A stretch of DNA of 64,000 bases from Eledone cirrhosa (lineage: Eukaryota). The notes beneath the pieces are model-generated. The model was not told where the DNA came from, did no database searches, and was given only the letters and a program-made list of their open reading frames with translations. Where the stretch lies: the NCBI GenBank assembly GCA_964016885.1, contig OZ024754.1, forward strand, positions 6,510,001 to 6,574,000, read 5' to 3'. The position numbers were made by a program, and so were the translations under genes. Below, piece by piece: positions 58,368 through 64,000 of the stretch (its first letter is position 1; each line of letters starts with the position of its first letter).

Positions 58368-58448
58368 AATTTGGATAGGTAAATATTTAAATTGTATTTT
58401 AATTTATTTTAAAAGAATGTTTAAAGTTTAGTTGTTCCGCTCATCTCA

Positions 58449-58479
<31 letters not shown>

Positions 58480-58521
58480 AAGTTATATTTAAAATTGTTG
58501 GGTTACAACTAGTAAATATTA

Positions 58522-58569
<48 letters not shown>

Positions 58570-58726
58570 GTATATATAGCTGAAACTTAATTACACTATG
58601 GCGCATGCGTGAAATAATCGACGATTAAATGTATTAATAAAAAAAATGAATTTTAATTTTCGATTCCCCCCACATTATATATATATATATAATGTTATAA
58701 TGTGGGGAAAATCGAAAACTAAAATT

Positions 58727-58908
58727 GCGGTGGATTGGCAGTATCGGTAGAGGATCGGACGCCATGCTTTCCAGCATAGTTACGACCCTTTACGATCTGA
58801 GTTCAAATCCCGCCGAGGTTGACTTTGCCTTTCATCCTTACGGGGTCGATAAAATAAAGTACCAGTAATGCACTGGATAATTGCTGGCCTTGTGCCGAAA
58901 GTAGAAAC

Positions 58909-58912
<4 letters not shown>
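58727..58912 (+). mobile_element. SINE-A, full-length
   Basis: Matches the consensus. Confidence 0.9.
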
Positions 58913-58948
<36 letters not shown>

Positions 58949-59402
58949 AATGTAATCTGAGTTTTTCGAATATTAATAATAATATTCGATTCGTTTGGAA
59001 TTATGCAAACAGCCTCTTTTATAAGCCAAGTCAGTAGAATAGTAGATAGAGCCTCACATGTGTGATACAGGGAGTTGAAGGAGTTTGATTATCCTATCAA
59101 ATAGAACATCATCTCCATCTTAGCAATGTTTAAAAAAATAACAAGGAAGGGAAATATCTTGTACGAACAAGGTCGTCGATTTCACTCGGTATGGCATTGA
59201 ATATATATAGATATAAAGGAAAAGAATGACTTCACTTGTAGTTCTAAGCAATTTAATTTAATTTTATAATATTATAATTTTACAATTTGGTTTCGTAGAT
59301 CTAGTAAGTTCTTTGTTAACTTCGGTGGGGAGATTTTTTTAAAAGATTCCTGGTTAATTTTCCTGGAGAACTTTCTCGCATTCGTCGGTGGCGATTGTCA
59401 AC

Positions 59403-59476
<74 letters not shown>

Positions 59477-59478
<2 letters not shown>

Positions 59479-59737
59479 AAAAGTCAGCTCGAAAGTAATA
59501 CAGAGGAGACTGAGGTTAGCTGGACATGCTCACCGACATTCAGAGTTGACACTGCACTCAGTGCTCCTGTGGGAGCCCCTGCATGGTCACACTGGAAGAG
59601 GAAGACCGAGGTTAACATATGTTGATGCCTTAAGGACGGACACTGGTCTCTTGGAGACGCAGGACATGGCAGCGATGATGAGGGACAGGGGATCGCTAGA
59701 GAGAACTCGTCCATGGATCTTGGGAATTTTACCCGCC
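59477..59737 (+). mobile_element. RTE-like LINE 3' end
   Basis: RRLRLAGHAHRH..LLWEPLHGHTGRGRPRLTYVDALRTDTG; same family as 12942-13265. Confidence 0.85.
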
Positions 59738-60180
59738 CTAGATAGATAAATATATATCGGATCTGTGAGTTCAAATCCCACGGAGGTCAACTTTGAAGAA
59801 AATACCAACCCAGTACTAATCCAACCCTCTTTCCATACCACTGTTACATACAGGAAGTGACAATAATTATTTCTAAGGTATGAGGTCAAGAATTTTGGAG
59901 GGAGGAGAGAAAAGACGATTTAATCAACCCCTTTTTCTCTTTCTTTAAGGGTCCTATATCATCTTCATTCTATCTTAGAGCATCTCTGTTCTTTATATGA
60001 AGAAATTTAATATATTTGAAAACAAGATTCATCAATCTTTGAAACGTGCTGGTAATTCTTCCGACAAGGCGGACTTTGTTAACCAGTTCTGATTTCCAGT
60101 TGAATCATATCCTATCTCTCTCCATCTCCCTCTCCCACGTTCTATCTCTCTCGATGAAAGCGTGTATGTATATATGTATG

Positions 60181-61049
60181 TTATCTCTTTCTCTTAATTT
60201 CGAGTATATTTTTTTTTGACCGGCCACCTTCCTGGTGGCAAGGTTGTAAAAGAAAAGAAATTGTCATCCCTTGAATCGCAAGAATGTTTTGCAAATTTTG
60301 AAGGTGCCAGCTATCGCAGCCATTTATAGACTATGAATTAGGGAGCTGCGCTTTTTGTCCGCAAATCCAAGTTCAGTTATACATTGGTCCAAGCGGGTTG
60401 GTATATAACCCGTAGCTCCAATAATGATGGGTATGAAGCTTAAGGTGTATCTTGGATACTGGATTTGTAAACTCCTCATCAATGGTCCGTAGATGTCCTC
60501 CTTCGCCTGTATTTTTCTGACAACGTTTACATGAAGTGGGCAGCTGATCTCCACAACAGAACACGTTTTCAATGTGTGGTCCCAAACAACAATATCAGGC
60601 CGGTTGTGCTTTAATTTTGTGGCAGTTTTTATTTTCAGGTTCCACCAGTATTCCTTAGTGTCATCTGTCTCAATATATTCTTCCTCGTTTGTTGTTAATT
60701 TTGTTTTCCGAAGTGCGTTCCAGATGGTTCTAACTATCCCATTGTGTCTCATGGGAGGTAGTAGCGAGATGACATTCTTTCGCAGCTGGCAACAATGTGG
60801 CTTACATCCTCGATCTTTGTTTTATATAGCCTACATTTATTGTCAGCTGCTGGCCCTCCTCTTTTGTGCTGCAGATATTTGGTAGGGAGTTCCTGTATTG
60901 CATAGAGATATCCCTCAAGGTGTGACGTCATAAACTTGTCGGAACTCCATGCCAGGCTTTTTGAGTGGTTTATCCCCTCTATGGTCTGTGTTTTACGCCT
61001 CAAGTATCCATGCACAACTTTTTCTGTAAATTGGTACTTTTTCTGTAAA
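60181..61049 (-). mobile_element. R4/Dong-like RLE non-LTR retrotransposon, 5'-truncated and inactivated
   Basis: EGYLYAIQE..CRL(Y)KTKIEDVSHIVASC (degenerate CCHC), RHN, HNRPDIVVWD..VVEISCP..KEDIY..PIIIGATG; 1 nt frameshift at ~60751 and premature stop at 60324. Confidence 0.85.
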
Positions 61050-61095
61050 TATGTATGTATGTATGTATGTATGTATGTTTGTATGTATGTATGTA

Positions 61096-61452
61096 TCTGA
61101 TATAACACCTGCAACCCTGATGGTATCCAATGATGTTGACTTGTTCTTCTTTTTGGTAAATATCATCTTGGTTAAGAGAGTGGGACTGGCTTTGTGCAGT
61201 GCCTTTGCTCACTATAAAAGCTTCACGGTGCAGGGATTGCTTTATATCTGGAGATCTCTCTGCACTTGTCGTCACATGGTACCATGGGCCCAGCACTATG
61301 TGTCAATAATTGTCACAAGTGTAGTGTTTGTACCAGAGTTTTCAAGTCACTGGCTGGACTAAAAAGTCACACTCGTTCAGCGCATCGGTAGGGGTTCTCC
61401 TACATGGATATAAAGTAGTGGCCGTACTCGAAAACGAGTTGGCAGCCACCAT
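61096..61452 (+). mobile_element. RTE-derived non-autonomous element, 5'-truncated
   Basis: Near-identical reverse complement of 25674-26025. Confidence 0.75.
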
Positions 61453-61743
61453 GTATGTTGGCATGTATGTATGTATATACACACATGGACTCATACACAC
61501 GCTCATATAAACATACAAACTCATACAGACCTACACAACAACACACAGATATTCGTAAATCTAGTCCTTATTTTTTTTCTTTGTCTTAGACTTCATCTAT
61601 TCTAAGGCAAGGATGTGATGAATTTGTTTCCATTTTTTTTCTTCTTATTGAATTATCGTCTTGATGTTTTTAATCTGGAAATCTTTCACAATTATCTAAC
61701 TCTTTACATAATTTACTTGGCACGTCAGAGTTAATTTCGGCAG

Positions 61744-61788
<45 letters not shown>

Positions 61789-61947
61789 TATATACACACA
61801 CACACATATATACATATATATACACACACATATACATATATATATACACACATATACATATATATATACACACATATACATATATATATACACACATATA
61901 CATATATATATACACACACATATACATATATATACACACACATATAC

Positions 61948-61984
<37 letters not shown>

Positions 61985-62198
61985 CTCACATATACATATA
62001 TATACACACATATACATATATATATATATACACATATACATATATATATATATATATACACACGTATACATATATATATATATACACACGCATATACATA
62101 TATATTTATACACACACACACTCATATATATTTATACACACACACATACATACATATATATTAACACACACACATATATATATATATACGTTCAGACT

Positions 62199-62229
<31 letters not shown>

Positions 62230-62328
62230 ACACACACACACACATATATATTTCTACGTACAGGCACACATATACATACGCATAAACACACACACACATA
62301 TATATATACATTATATACACACACACAC

Positions 62329-62367
<39 letters not shown>

Positions 62368-62374
<7 letters not shown>

Positions 62375-62604
62375 TAAAATAACAGATTCAAATTTAAGCA
62401 AAGAATCGCTGCTTTCACCCTTAACGGGATCTTCTGAAACTAACCATGTATCAGAAGATCCCGTTAAGGGTGAAAGCAGCGATTCTTTGCTTAAACTTTA
62501 ATCTGTTATTTTAATAAATATTTGCTCTACGGTTCTTATATATTTGATATATATTTATCCTTATCGAACCCTCTTTGGATTTTACTCTTCAAATTTATTA
62601 TTAT

Positions 62605-62610
<6 letters not shown>
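62368..62610. mobile_element. Family E element with fold-back and degenerate hammerhead-like motif
   Basis: Palindrome ~62368-62521; CAGAAGA-tccc(gttaa)gggt-GAAA; relatives at 18412-18485, 19070-19140, 28660-28740 and 47003-47062. Confidence 0.6.
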
Positions 62611-62647
<37 letters not shown>

Positions 62648-63023
62648 TGTGTGTGCGTGTGCATTTAATCTTTCAAGACAAAATTTGGTCCAGATGTGAT
62701 ATTTGTGTCTATTTTAAACATCTACTTTTTGACTCCTTATTATTTTATAACAAAAAGCACCCCCCACCCCCACACACACCACCACAAAAAAAACCCACGG
62801 AACGATGGAATGAATTTAAAACCTTATCTCTGTGTTCATCAGGAGTCTTTTTTATCTTTGTAAATTTAAAATATTATTTCACTCTGTAGTCTTTATTGAT
62901 TTCACCTGCTATTTGTCTCCTGTAGAAATATTACCGTTTTTTAATATTATCCAAGATCTTTAGTTGAAAACGGAACAAAAATAATAGAAATAAAGTATAC
63001 ATATATATATATGTATATATATG

Positions 63024-63122
<99 letters not shown>

Positions 63123-63337
63123 AAGGGCGACGATGGTTGCCGAGCACTATACGGCGTAATTCGGGCTGTTTGTTTACAAACAAACCGAACATTATAATAA
63201 ATGTTTGGTAAACCCATACGTACATATATATATATGTATGCATGTATGTATATATATATATACATACTACCTACTGTGCGTCTGTACACATATATGTATC
63301 TACGTATACATACTTATATAATATATATATATTATAT

Positions 63338-63411
<74 letters not shown>

Positions 63412-63721
63412 TATATTATATATACATACATTGGTATGTTTATATGCATTTTTTCTTCTAACTTTAATTTCATACCTAATTTTGTATGGTTGACGATATA
63501 TTTAATCGATTTCCACGTGCTATTGACATGCTGGGTAAATATTCTATAGCTGTTGATCGCGAATAGATGGCTGTCGTTTATTTATCTATTATTTCTTCAT
63601 AGGTGCCTTTTAATCTTATAGCCTGGTTTAATTTTTTTTTTTGTGTGTGGTTGATTATGCTAATTGGGAGAGGAATTAGTGTATATATCTTATGAAATGA
63701 TTCTATGGGCATAATTTATAG

Positions 63722-63758
<37 letters not shown>

Positions 63759-64000
63759 CATACACATATGTATATATATATTATATATATATACATATAT
63801 ATATATACATATATATATATTATATATACATACACATATGTATATATATATTATATATATACATATATATATATACATATATACATATATATATATATAT
63901 ATGTATGTTTATCCCGAGTTCAAACGGGGGTAACCACAGTAAGTAAGGTACTCAATACATAGAGTATAAATATTTATTATAGAAATGGCTTCTACAGGAC

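Overview
This is eukaryotic, AT-rich, microsatellite-saturated non-coding DNA, most likely intronic or intergenic octopus/cephalopod sequence (inferred from the SINE types and the TA/CA/TATG load). No intact host protein-coding gene is supported, and almost every ORF in the supplied track is a microsatellite artefact. The window is a mosaic of tRNA-derived SINEs, 3' fragments of non-LTR retrotransposons (RTE-like, R4/Dong-like, CRE-like), a Penelope-type GIY-YIG relic, two minisatellites (94 bp and 60 bp units) and many fold-back palindromes. The main hidden signal is about 25 minimal type I hammerhead ribozyme motifs from roughly ten different short non-coding element families, most embedded in (TA)n. 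Many occur as divergent inverted pairs, show structural covariation (U3-A8 core, a conserved stem II C-mismatch, U-U at the base of stem II), and several families share a downstream TYGAGTRCT-like box. This looks like a diverse system of Penelope-dependent, ribozyme-bearing mini-elements. All folds and alignments were read by eye, not computed.
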